Assembly (NCBI GenBank): GCA_963764165.1
Contig: CAVXRD010000002.1
Span: 2,624,001-2,688,000, forward strand
DNA: 64,000 nucleotides
Reading direction: 5' to 3'
From: an uncultured Verrucomicrobiae bacterium
Lineage (GTDB): Bacteria > Verrucomicrobiota > Verrucomicrobiia > Limisphaerales > Palsa-1400
Shown here: positions 29,705 to 38,990 of the stretch, one piece after another
How positions within the stretch are numbered: position 1 is the stretch's first letter
Layout: each line of letters starts with the position of its first letter
The notes under the pieces: generated by a model
Told to the model about the DNA's origin: nothing
Seen by the model: only the letters and a program-made list of their open reading frames with translations
The model's database searches: none
Translations under genes and position numbers: made by a program

Positions 29705-30951
29705 AGATTTGCCATGTGTCATCGGCTCCGTTCAATGGAGGTGCTCAAAGGGCTGGTTTGCGCCTTCACCAGGGACTATGCCGCACCGACGGCATCGAGT
29801 CGCTCTGGCTGGATGCGGGTGGTTTGCCAGACGCGCCCTGTGCAAAGCATCTGGACGCTCCCAGCGAACCAGCCCCCTTGGGGACTCGAATCCGACGCTT
29901 GAATTGGCGTCGCAATCTTCTTCGAAGATTTGCCGGAACAAAAACCCCTTTTAGTAATCCGTTCGGCTGGGGCAATCCATCCATTCTCAAGAACATCCCG
30001 GTGCCGGAGGTATGGAACCTTCACTGGGTATCGCATTTTCTCGATTGGGAGCACCTGCTGCCGTGGATGGCGGAACAGGCGCCGATTGTCTGGACTCTGC
30101 ACGACATGAATCCGCTGATGGGTGTCTGGCACTATGTTCCATTCGACGAGGAATGGACCGCGCAACGCAGGCAAATGGAGCAAGAGGCCGTCGAATTTAA
30201 GAGAAACGCGATTTCCCGCATTCCAAAGGATCGATTGACCTTTGTCGGACCTTCGGTGTGGATGGCTGAATTGTGTCGTCAAAGTCCGGTTACGCAAGGG
30301 TTTCCAGCGATCCATATCCCCTATGGGCTTGATACCAAAGTTTTCACGCCAAAAGACAAAATGGTGGTTCGGTCCATGTTCGGCATTCCCAGCGAAATGC
30401 CTGTCATCGGCTTCGTCGCCGACATCGTCACCGATCCGAGAAAGGGCATGCCGCAACTGGAATCGGCCATTCGCGCGCTGCCTTCATCCTTGCCTGTGCA
30501 TGTGCTCACGGTTGGCCATGGCCACGCGCCCGCATTCAGTGTTCCTCATAATCATTTGGGCCCGCTCCAAAGTGACGTCCTTCTTTCCTTTTTCTACTCG
30601 GCGTGCGACGCATTCATCTGCCCGTCCCTGCAAGACAATCTTCCCAACACGGTGCTGGAGTCCATGGCCTGCGGAACGCCGGTAATCGCTTATCAAACAG
30701 GGGGATTGCCCGACATGGTGAGAAATGGCCAATCAGGCGCGGTCGTGAAGCCAGTGGCGGACAGCGAAGCGCTTGCGACAGCCATTTCCAATCTTCTGTC
30801 CAACCCAAAGTTGGGGCAAGAACTCCGGGGAAGAGCCCGGGCCATAGCAGTGGCGGAATATGAGCTTGGAGTCCAAAGCCGGTGTTACATGGAACTTTAC
30901 GAAAGCATGCGTGGTCGTGTTCTTGCTTCATCCGGCGGCCGGGCCAAGTGA
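29701..30951 (+). CDS. GT4 glycosyltransferase (WcaC-like)
   Basis: GGAQRA, NLHW, VWTLHD, PRKG, PSLQDNLPNTVLESMACGTP. Confidence 0.9.
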   Translation: MKICHVSSAPFNGGAQRAGLRLHQGLCRTDGIESLWLDAGGLPDAPCAKHLDAPSEPAPLGTRIRRLNWRRNLLRRFAGTKTPFSNPFGWGNPSILKNIPVPEVWNLHWVSHFLDWEHLLPWMAEQAPIVWTLHDMNPLMGVWHYVPFDEEWTAQRRQMEQEAVEFKRNAISRIPKDRLTFVGPSVWMAELCRQSPVTQGFPAIHIPYGLDTKVFTPKDKMVVRSMFGIPSEMPVIGFVADIVTDPRKGMPQLESAIRALPSSLPVHVLTVGHGHAPAFSVPHNHLGPLQSDVLLSFFYSACDAFICPSLQDNLPNTVLESMACGTPVIAYQTGGLPDMVRNGQSGAVVKPVADSEALATAISNLLSNPKLGQELRGRARAIAVAEYELGVQSRCYMELYESMRGRVLASSGGRAK

Positions 30952-30961
30952 AGACACTCAT

Positions 30962-32167
30962 ATGACTGCGGGCTTCATTTCTGAGATGTCGGCGAATCCA
31001 GTTCATGGAGGAGGCATCACTTTGCATCGCGTGCTGGGAGAAGACTTGGAACGGTTCGATTGGTTCGCGATGACCCTCCATTACCCGGCGCAAAAGCGGC
31101 CTGAATACAAGGCGCGCCAGCGGAATCATTGTTATCCGTGGTGGGACATTCAGTCATTTCTGCGTCCGATCACCGGATCCAGCCTGGCAAATCGCGTCTC
31201 GTTTCATCCGCTGATGCGGGCAGCTTTCGCCCGCATTGTTGCGCGTCGTTTGCTTCGCGCGCAGCCCGGAATTCTTGGATCTCGCATGCTAGTCTGCCCC
31301 CAGGCGGACATCACGATTCCGGTGTTGGAGGAGTTGAGGCGGCTGGCCCGGATTAGTTATGTGACATGGGTGATGGATGACCACTTGCTCAAGTGGAAGG
31401 GGGGCGAATGGGTTTATCCCAATGGCTTTGAGGGGAAAATGGGACGGCATCTGCGTGAAGCGGAAAAGGTGTATGTGATCAGCCCCGCCATGCGGGAGTT
31501 TTACAAAACCCGCTTTGGCGTCGACTCAACCGTTTTGTGCGGGCCCGCCAGCCCGGGAATCCCGCCGCAACCGCCTATTCAATCCGGCGGAATTCTCCGG
31601 CTAGCCTATTTTGGAAGCCTGGGGCCATGGCAAAATGACGCGATGGAACTGCTTGCCCCCGCGCTTAACCGCCGCGAAATTGCATTGGATGTCTTCTGTC
31701 ATAACCCAGAGGCAATGCCGCCGGCGATTAAAACCGCCGGCGCCCAACTGCGCTCCGGCGTTGCCGCAAAAGACGTTTTGGCCCTGTGCGGCAGCTACGA
31801 CGGAGTCGTCCTTCCCATTAGCTTCAAGGATGAACTGCGGAACATGAGCTACTTTAACATTGCCACGAAGTTTTCGGAGTGCCTGGCATCAGGAGTGCCG
31901 ACCGTGATTATTGGGCCGTCCGATGCCGTCATGGTGAAGATCGCCGCAGCCGGCCAAGCCGCCGTGATCGTCGACACCTACAGTCCCGACGCCGTCACGC
32001 ATGCCCTCGGCGTGCTGCGCGATCCGTCCAAGCGGAAAAATATTCTGCACGCAGCCCGGGAGCTGTTGGATTCTGAATTTTCAACTGAAGTGATGCAATC
32101 CCGATGGGAATCGAGCGCTGCGTTTCTATTTGGCAAGCATCAACCCAGTTTTTCGCAAGCCTGCTGA
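30962..32167 (+). CDS. Glycosyltransferase, GT4-like
   Basis: GGGITLHR, VMDD, VISPAM, YFGSL, TKFSECLASGVP. Confidence 0.75.
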   Translation: MTAGFISEMSANPVHGGGITLHRVLGEDLERFDWFAMTLHYPAQKRPEYKARQRNHCYPWWDIQSFLRPITGSSLANRVSFHPLMRAAFARIVARRLLRAQPGILGSRMLVCPQADITIPVLEELRRLARISYVTWVMDDHLLKWKGGEWVYPNGFEGKMGRHLREAEKVYVISPAMREFYKTRFGVDSTVLCGPASPGIPPQPPIQSGGILRLAYFGSLGPWQNDAMELLAPALNRREIALDVFCHNPEAMPPAIKTAGAQLRSGVAAKDVLALCGSYDGVVLPISFKDELRNMSYFNIATKFSECLASGVPTVIIGPSDAVMVKIAAAGQAAVIVDTYSPDAVTHALGVLRDPSKRKNILHAARELLDSEFSTEVMQSRWESSAAFLFGKHQPSFSQAC

Positions 32168-32222
32168 CATTTAGCCTGGCGCGCCGTGAGCTTTACATAT
32201 CTCCAATGGTGACGGTTGAAAA

Positions 32223-33407
32223 ATGACAGTGAGATTAGGCAAAGAGCAATCTATTCGCGCTATTGTCATTTCTTCCGTCCGCCCAGAGCCCACGAGCGCG
32301 GGACAAATCCTCCTGCACCGGCACCTTGTGAATCAGCCGGGCTTGGAGTGGGAGAGCTTTGGTTCGGAGCCTCCCCGCTTGACGGCCTCGGTCGCCGTCC
32401 GCCGCATGGCTGGGCGTCTGGCGCAAACCCGGTGGCGCCGTTTCGCCCACGACTTCTGGGCGTGGCGGGACGGCCGATGGCTGGATCCCTGGCTGCCAAA
32501 GGCGCCCCCGGCCGGAGAACAAGTGGTTGTGGTGACCGTCGCGCAAGGAGACGCATTTGGGGCGGCTCTGCGCTTCGCCAAAAAACATCGGTTGCCGCTG
32601 GTGACTTTTTTTCATGATTGGGGGCCCGACATGCCTCCTGTCCACTCTCTCTGTCGTGATATGTTAGACCGTCAATTTCGGGACCTTTATCACAAATCGA
32701 CAGTTCCGCTATGCATCAGCGAAGGGATGCTTCAGGCGCTGGGCTCAAATGCCGGAGCCCAAGTGCTTCTTCCAATTCCCGAAAAGCGGACGGCAGATTC
32801 GCCTGCGCCTCGCAGCCCCCAGCGGCCATTCCGCCTGCTTTATTTGGGGAACCTATTCGAGTATGGGCCGATGCTCGGAGGGGCGTTGGAGACCCTGGCT
32901 GATAACCCCAATGTGCGGCTGGAGGTGCGCGGCAGGAACCCGCAGTGGCCGGATGAACTCAAGAAGCAGACAGCGGCATCTGGGACCTGGCTTGAATTTG
33001 CGCCACGAACAGAACTGGATGGCTGGCTGGAAACTGGCGATGCTTTCCTGGTGGCGATGACATTTGAACCGGCGATGCGCAGACGCATGGAAACGTGTTT
33101 TCCCTCGAAAATGCCGGAAATGGCGCAGTTTGAAAAGCCGCTGGTGGTCTGGGGGCCGGACTACTGCTCGGCGGTGCGTTGGGCGCAAATGGGAAACCGG
33201 GCGTTATGCGTCACGGATCCAAGCCCGGCCGCCTTGCGTCAAGCTCTCGAAAAATTGGCGGCTGCGAGGGGCGAACAGCAGCGCCTGGCAGATGCCGCCC
33301 GCAAGGCGGCGCAAACGGATTTCAACCCGGACAAAATCCAGGCGCAATTCATGCAAGGATTGCACAGCGCCGTCAGCCGGCATCTGAGAAATCCGCAGGC
33401 GGGGTGA
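32223..33407 (+). CDS. Glycosyltransferase, GT4-like (similar to the preceding gene)
   Basis: AGQILLHR, FFHD, CISEGM, YLGNL, FPSKMPE. Confidence 0.75.
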   Translation: MTVRLGKEQSIRAIVISSVRPEPTSAGQILLHRHLVNQPGLEWESFGSEPPRLTASVAVRRMAGRLAQTRWRRFAHDFWAWRDGRWLDPWLPKAPPAGEQVVVVTVAQGDAFGAALRFAKKHRLPLVTFFHDWGPDMPPVHSLCRDMLDRQFRDLYHKSTVPLCISEGMLQALGSNAGAQVLLPIPEKRTADSPAPRSPQRPFRLLYLGNLFEYGPMLGGALETLADNPNVRLEVRGRNPQWPDELKKQTAASGTWLEFAPRTELDGWLETGDAFLVAMTFEPAMRRRMETCFPSKMPEMAQFEKPLVVWGPDYCSAVRWAQMGNRALCVTDPSPAALRQALEKLAAARGEQQRLADAARKAAQTDFNPDKIQAQFMQGLHSAVSRHLRNPQAG

Positions 33408-33448
33408 GGCAAGCCGCTGGTGGTTTATTGCGCCCGAATTTTAATTCC

Positions 33449-34687
33449 ATGATCGCACACTTTTCAACGACCATCTCCGGCGGGGCAGGGATTGCGGCGC
33501 AACGCTTGCATCTGGCCTTGTGCGAAGCGGGGGTCAAGAGCCGCTACTTTTACAGCTCGGGTGATCCGGTGGATTCCACCATGACTCCCGCTTTCCAGAA
33601 CCGCTCCTTTTTTTGGCGGAACGCAGCCGCCGTGGCCACGAGTTGGAATAACCGCCGAACTGCGGAGGGCGGGCTTGTCCTCAGTCCTCGTTGGATTAGG
33701 AAAACGCCGATACAGGCATTGGCGCCGACACCTCGGATCGTGAATTTCCATTGGGTGGCGCGATGGATGGATCAGCCCAGTTTTTTCGGTTCATTGCCGC
33801 CAGGTCTTCCTCTAGTGTCATCCATTCACGACTTGATTCCGATTACGGGAGGCTGTCATTACCCCGGACAATGCGATGGGTTCACCAAGGGGTGCGGCAA
33901 CTGTCCCCAGTTAAAAAAGCCAGGAATGCGGGATGACAGCTATAAATTCTATCGCATCAAAGACCATTTGTATGGCGGGCGAAATCTCCATTTCGTCGGG
34001 AACAGTGAGTGGACCACTGCGCAAATAAAGCGCTCGGGACTCGCCAAACATAGCAAATCAATCAGGACTATTCATCTGGGCTTGGATGCGGAGCAGTACA
34101 AGCCTGTCGACAAGGCCACCGCCCGCCGCGCGCTGGCGCTGCCGGACGCGCCGTTTGTCATCGGTTTTTCTTGCATGGATTTTGTGGAAAAGCGAAAGGG
34201 AGCGTCCCGTTTGCTGGAAGCGCTTAAGGCGATCCCAGAGCAAAAGTTTCTTGTTGTGACGCTCGGAGCAGGGAAGTGGCCCGAATCGCCAGGCATTAAA
34301 ACCGTCCAGTTAGGGGCGTTGAACAGTCCGAGATTGCAGAGTCTATTTTATTCCGCCTTGGACGTGTTTGCCACCCCCAGTTTGATTGAGACCTTTGGAA
34401 ACACGGCCATGGAGGCGATGGCTTGTGAAACACCGGTTGTAGCCTACGCGGCTGGCGGCCTGACCGATGTGATTGAAGACGGGGTGACCGGACTCATGGA
34501 AAAGGAAATTGGAAGCGTGCCGGGTCTGGTTCGCATGCTCCAGTGGATGTGGAATCATCCGGCAGAACGGGCCGCCATGGGGATTGCAGGCCGGCAGCGC
34601 GTGCTCAAAATGTTCTCAGCTTCATTGATGGCCAGCCGTTACATGGATCTCTATCGTGAATTGATTTCACCGGGCGAAAGCCTTTAA
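33449..34687 (+). CDS. GT4 glycosyltransferase (WcaC-like)
   Basis: GGAGIAA, NFHW, IHD..PITGGCHY..C......CGNCPQL, RKG, ETFGNTAMEAMACETP. Confidence 0.9.
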   Translation: MIAHFSTTISGGAGIAAQRLHLALCEAGVKSRYFYSSGDPVDSTMTPAFQNRSFFWRNAAAVATSWNNRRTAEGGLVLSPRWIRKTPIQALAPTPRIVNFHWVARWMDQPSFFGSLPPGLPLVSSIHDLIPITGGCHYPGQCDGFTKGCGNCPQLKKPGMRDDSYKFYRIKDHLYGGRNLHFVGNSEWTTAQIKRSGLAKHSKSIRTIHLGLDAEQYKPVDKATARRALALPDAPFVIGFSCMDFVEKRKGASRLLEALKAIPEQKFLVVTLGAGKWPESPGIKTVQLGALNSPRLQSLFYSALDVFATPSLIETFGNTAMEAMACETPVVAYAAGGLTDVIEDGVTGLMEKEIGSVPGLVRMLQWMWNHPAERAAMGIAGRQRVLKMFSASLMASRYMDLYRELISPGESL

Positions 34688-34741
34688 TCCTCTTGTTTAT
34701 GGCAGAAATACGAAACCGCTGAGATTTACCCGGACATAAGT

Positions 34742-36769
34742 ATGCTCCCCGACAACAATGCGTTGAAACGCGCCGCAGCCAGCCGCACAATCGGAAGTCC
34801 CGCCGATTCTGTTTCCGAGAGCCTGCCGCATGCCCTTGGCAGCTACCGGCCCGATATAGACGGATTGCGGGCGATCGCTGTAAGCGCGGTTCTTCTTTAT
34901 CACGCTCACTTGGGGCTGCCGGGTGGGTTTATTGGAGTCGATGTATTCTTTGTCATCTCGGGATTCCTAATCACATCGCTCATCTTGAAGGACGCGGAAT
35001 CTTCCAAAGGTTTCGGAATTTTAAATTTTTGGGAGCGGCGAATCCGTCGAATTCTGCCGGCGCTGCTGGTGGTGATTTTAGCTACAATCGCGGGCGGCTG
35101 GTTCGTGCTTCTACCTTCCGACTTCAGCGATCTGGGGAGATCGGTGCTCGCACAAGCGGTATTCGGGGGGAATTTTTACTTCTGGCTCACCGGGGGCTAT
35201 TTTACCGCGCCCGCCGGCCTGAAGCCGCTGCTGCACACGTGGTCCCTCGCCGTCGAAGAACAGTATTATCTTTTTTTCCCGTTGTTATTTCTCCTTGGGG
35301 CATGGAAACGCGCCGCGCTGCGCCTTGTTGTTGGGCTGGCGGCGCTGGCTTCATTTTTCTTGTGTGTTTCCCTGACGCGATCGTCGCCGGAGGCTGGATT
35401 TTATTTATTGCCGTCTCGCGCATGGGAGCTGTTTGGCGGCGCGCTGCTGGCGATGGCGCCTCAAGGCTTCAAACTTGCGGGATGGGCTCGTGAAGCTTTG
35501 GGGTGGGGAGGGCTTCTGGCGGTCGGGTGCTGCCTTTTTCTTTACCACGATACAACTCCATTTCCAGGAGTGGCAGCCTTGCCTCCGTGCCTTGGCACGC
35601 TAATGATGATTTACGCCAATGGCGGCCCGGCGTCATGGCTGGGCCGCGCGCTCTCAGTTCGGCCGCTTGTATTTTTAGGCAAGATTTCTTATTCGCTTTA
35701 CCTTTGGCATTGGCCAATTCTGGTTTATGCGGTGTACTGGCAGGACAGTAACATTCTTCGCTGGTATTACAGGATAGCCTTGCTGGTTCTAAGCGTCATC
35801 CTGGCCACCATCTCGTGCAAATTCGTCGAGATGCCTTTCCGAAGCCGCCGGGTATTTCCGCGCCGCTGGCAAATTTTAACGCTTGGTGTCGCCTCTCCCT
35901 GCTGCCTGGCTTTGCTGGGGGTGGCCCTGGCGGCCTCCCACGGATTCCCTTCGCGATTTCCGGAGTCGGTCCTGCGTTGCGATTTTGGCAAGTCCGCCGC
36001 CTTGGAAATTCCGAAACCTTCGCTCGATTTGAATTCTTCCTTGGAAACCGCCCAAAGCGGGGCTTTTCCGTGCGCAGGCAAGTCCAATTCTCCTGTCCAA
36101 TGCCTGGTCTGGGGAGACAGCCACGCCATGGCCATCTTTCCCGCCTTCGATAAACTTGCCATGGATTCCGGAACGAGGGTCGCATTTGCGGCCCACGTTG
36201 CCACATGCCCGGTGTTGGATTACCTAAGCCGCGATCCCAACAGCATGCGAACCGCTTCAGCCAAGTGGTCGGAGGCCATAGTGAACGATGTTCAAAGGGA
36301 CCGCATCCCCAATGTTGTCTTGGCCGCAAATTGGCTGATGTATTTTGGGCAATTCGAGACTCACGATCCAGCCGCGGTTCAAAGAGGCCGTGAAGTATCC
36401 AAGGACTTGGCGGCTACGGTCGTCGCTTTGCGCAAAGCGGGCGCAAAGGTTTGGATTCTAAAGACTGTTCCTCCGCAGCCGGTGGATGTGCATATGGCGC
36501 TGGCCAAGGCGGCTTTGAGAAACACCTCGACAGACATCGGTGTCACAAAATCAAACTATATGACTTTTTCCCGGGCGGAAGACGCGTTGTTTGCGCCAGC
36601 CGTTTCAAGCGGGGCGGAAATCCTGGATCCTTCCCGGTTCTTTTTTGAAGGCCGGCAGACATGCCTCCTGGTGTCGTCAGACCGTCTGCTTTACAAAGAT
36701 AGCAATCACGTCACCATAAGCGGCGCCCTGGCTCTCTTGGATCTGTTCCGGCCCACTGTTGCAAGATGA
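34742..36769 (+). CDS. Acyltransferase-3 plus SGNH O-acyltransferase (OafA/OatA-like)
   Basis: YRPDIDGLRAIAV, GVDVFFVISG, HTWSLAVEEQYY, SYSLYLWHWP, WGDSHA, DSNH. Confidence 0.93.
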   Translation: MLPDNNALKRAAASRTIGSPADSVSESLPHALGSYRPDIDGLRAIAVSAVLLYHAHLGLPGGFIGVDVFFVISGFLITSLILKDAESSKGFGILNFWERRIRRILPALLVVILATIAGGWFVLLPSDFSDLGRSVLAQAVFGGNFYFWLTGGYFTAPAGLKPLLHTWSLAVEEQYYLFFPLLFLLGAWKRAALRLVVGLAALASFFLCVSLTRSSPEAGFYLLPSRAWELFGGALLAMAPQGFKLAGWAREALGWGGLLAVGCCLFLYHDTTPFPGVAALPPCLGTLMMIYANGGPASWLGRALSVRPLVFLGKISYSLYLWHWPILVYAVYWQDSNILRWYYRIALLVLSVILATISCKFVEMPFRSRRVFPRRWQILTLGVASPCCLALLGVALAASHGFPSRFPESVLRCDFGKSAALEIPKPSLDLNSSLETAQSGAFPCAGKSNSPVQCLVWGDSHAMAIFPAFDKLAMDSGTRVAFAAHVATCPVLDYLSRDPNSMRTASAKWSEAIVNDVQRDRIPNVVLAANWLMYFGQFETHDPAAVQRGREVSKDLAATVVALRKAGAKVWILKTVPPQPVDVHMALAKAALRNTSTDIGVTKSNYMTFSRAEDALFAPAVSSGAEILDPSRFFFEGRQTCLLVSSDRLLYKDSNHVTISGALALLDLFRPTVAR

Positions 36770-36883
36770 CACCGGCCCATGATATCCGGGGGATGAGCGC
36801 AGCCGGACCCATGTCCTTTCCTAGTCACTCGCGATGAATGCCTGGTTTCAATTTCTGAGTCGAACCGACACCGCTCCAGCCTG

Positions 36884-37834
36884 ATGAATATTGTGTTTTG
36901 CGTCGACCGCGGAGTGCTGCCTGGGTTGCATGTGGCCGCGTTTTCCGCTCTGGAAAGAATTCGATTCAGCCCAGAATGCGCGGAAATATCCTTCCATGTA
37001 TTTAGCAATGATCTGGACGAAGCCGACATGGCTCTTCTGCGGCAGACGCTTCGGCCCCTCGACAAGAAATTCACCCTTGCCCTCCGCAGGGTGGATGCCG
37101 CGCAACTGGAGGGTTTCCCACCGCTGAACGCCAGCCTGGCTGCCTATTACCGGCTTTTGGCGGCCCAATTGATCGAGGCGGAGAATTTTCTTTATCTCGA
37201 TGCCGACATTTTATGTGATGCGGACGTGAGCGAATTGAGCCGGCTTGACATTGGCAGCGCGCCAGCCGGGATGGTTGCCGAAGCGCCGATGGCGACTGCC
37301 GTGGACCGGTTTGTGGCCCGGCAATTGGGCGACAGCTCCGCGGAGCCGTACTTCAATTCGGGCGTCATCTGGGTCAATGTGGCCGAATGGCGCCGCCAGC
37401 GAGTCACAGAACGGGCCATGCAATACATCGCGGAGCATCGCCCTCCGTTTTGGGACCAGTCTGCCCTCAACGTCGTTCTCCATCGCAGCGCCTTTCCATT
37501 AAACGAGCGCTTTAACTGCATCACCAACATGAGAAGACATTGGCCTGACCTAAGAAAGCGCGATGGCGCGACGGGCCGGGTCATTCATTTTGTGGATTAT
37601 CCCAAGCCCTGGGGGCTGTTCGGCGAGTTTGTGCATCCGCAATACCGGCGGTGGCGTTCGGTGCTCGATAAAACAGCCATGCGCGGTTTTCGTTCCTGGC
37701 ATGCAACACCGTGCCGCCGGTTTCCCGGAACCCGCAAAGACTGGATTGGATATCGCAAGGCGCTCAAAGACCGCGTCTTGTTTGCGGGCTATTCAAACGG
37801 CTGGTTCAAGCAGGTCAAAGGCGTGGGAAAGTAG
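36884..37834 (+). CDS. GT8 glycosyltransferase
   Basis: YYRL, LYLDAD, YFNSGV, DQSALN, IHF...KPW. Confidence 0.92.
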   Translation: MNIVFCVDRGVLPGLHVAAFSALERIRFSPECAEISFHVFSNDLDEADMALLRQTLRPLDKKFTLALRRVDAAQLEGFPPLNASLAAYYRLLAAQLIEAENFLYLDADILCDADVSELSRLDIGSAPAGMVAEAPMATAVDRFVARQLGDSSAEPYFNSGVIWVNVAEWRRQRVTERAMQYIAEHRPPFWDQSALNVVLHRSAFPLNERFNCITNMRRHWPDLRKRDGATGRVIHFVDYPKPWGLFGEFVHPQYRRWRSVLDKTAMRGFRSWHATPCRRFPGTRKDWIGYRKALKDRVLFAGYSNGWFKQVKGVGK

Positions 37835-37859
37835 ATGAGCCCATTCATCCGGAAAACAA

Positions 37860-38714
37860 ATGAACGTCTCGGTGATGATCACAACTAGGAATCGTGTCGA
37901 AGATTTAAAGCGAACATGCCGCGTATTGCAGCGGCTGAGCCCTCCGCCGCTTGAAATTTTGATCACCGCCGACGGCTGCACCGATGGCACCGCGCAAATG
38001 GTCCCGGCTGAATTGCCTGGCGCAAAATTAATTGTCAACGAGCCGGCGCGGGGATCGGTTGCCTCGCGTGATCGGATGATGCGGGAGGCGCGGGGAGATT
38101 TGGTGCTGGCGCTTGATGACGACAGCTACCCTGAGCAGATTGACTGCATAACTCGCTTTGAGCATTTGTTTGAACAAAATCCAAGGCTCGCGATAGCGCA
38201 TTTTCCGCAGCGAACCGATGAATATCCAGAAACGCTGGCGCAAACGGATTTCGGCCCGGACCGGAAGACGCGTTCGTTTCCCAATTCAGGAGCGGTGCTG
38301 AGGCGCTCGACCTATTTGGAATTGCCCGGCTTCGAGCCGAGCTTTTTCCACGCCTACGAGGAGCCGGATTACGCGCTCCAATGCGTTGCCGCCGGGCATG
38401 AGGTCTGGTTTACTTCGGTCATTAGCATCCGGCACCATTACTCCGGGCAGGGCCGCAGCGAGATGCGCACACACCACAGGCACGCCCGCAACGAGTTCTG
38501 GAGCACGCTCCTGCGGTGCCCTTTGCCGCAAATGCCATTTGTGGCCGCTTATCGGATTCTTTCGCAATTTCGTTACGCTTGCAAGCGCGGCTGGTCCTGG
38601 GCCTTTCGCGAGCCGGCGTGGTGGTGGCAGGCATGGAAGGGCATTCCGCGCTGCCTCAAAAAGCGCAACTCCGTTCCATGGCCGCGATACAAGGCATGGC
38701 TTCAACTCAACTAA
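37860..38714 (+). CDS. GT2 glycosyltransferase
   Basis: SVMITTRNR, DGCTDGT, LDDDS, YEEPDY. Confidence 0.9.
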   Translation: MNVSVMITTRNRVEDLKRTCRVLQRLSPPPLEILITADGCTDGTAQMVPAELPGAKLIVNEPARGSVASRDRMMREARGDLVLALDDDSYPEQIDCITRFEHLFEQNPRLAIAHFPQRTDEYPETLAQTDFGPDRKTRSFPNSGAVLRRSTYLELPGFEPSFFHAYEEPDYALQCVAAGHEVWFTSVISIRHHYSGQGRSEMRTHHRHARNEFWSTLLRCPLPQMPFVAAYRILSQFRYACKRGWSWAFREPAWWWQAWKGIPRCLKKRNSVPWPRYKAWLQLN

Positions 38715-38944
38715 GAGCGTGTTTTGAAAATGGCTTGGGCGGTCTTGCGGCGGGGCGGGCGGCTGGCTTCCTCCTTCGCCATGGCTACGGAGGACAGGTC
38801 GTTGCTCCTCGGTCGAAGATCCACAAGGGATATTCTCCTTCGTCGAGTCAGAACAAATTAATAGCTGCCCGCTCTGCGGGCTGCCTCGCCATCCGCCCCG
38901 CCGCACTCGCAATCCCTTACCCAGGCTATTTTCAAAACACGCTC
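38715..38944. mobile_element. 230-bp non-autonomous MITE with IS5-family-like ends and TAA target duplication; nested REP
   Basis: TIR GAGCGTGTTTTGAAAAT(G/A)GC(T/C)TGGG (25 bp, 2 mismatches); TAA at 38712-38714 and 38945-38947; no transposase ORF. Confidence 0.85.
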
Positions 38945-38990
38945 TAAACCCAATTCGGCAGAAGAATTGCTTGCAATGGAAAAATGGAAT

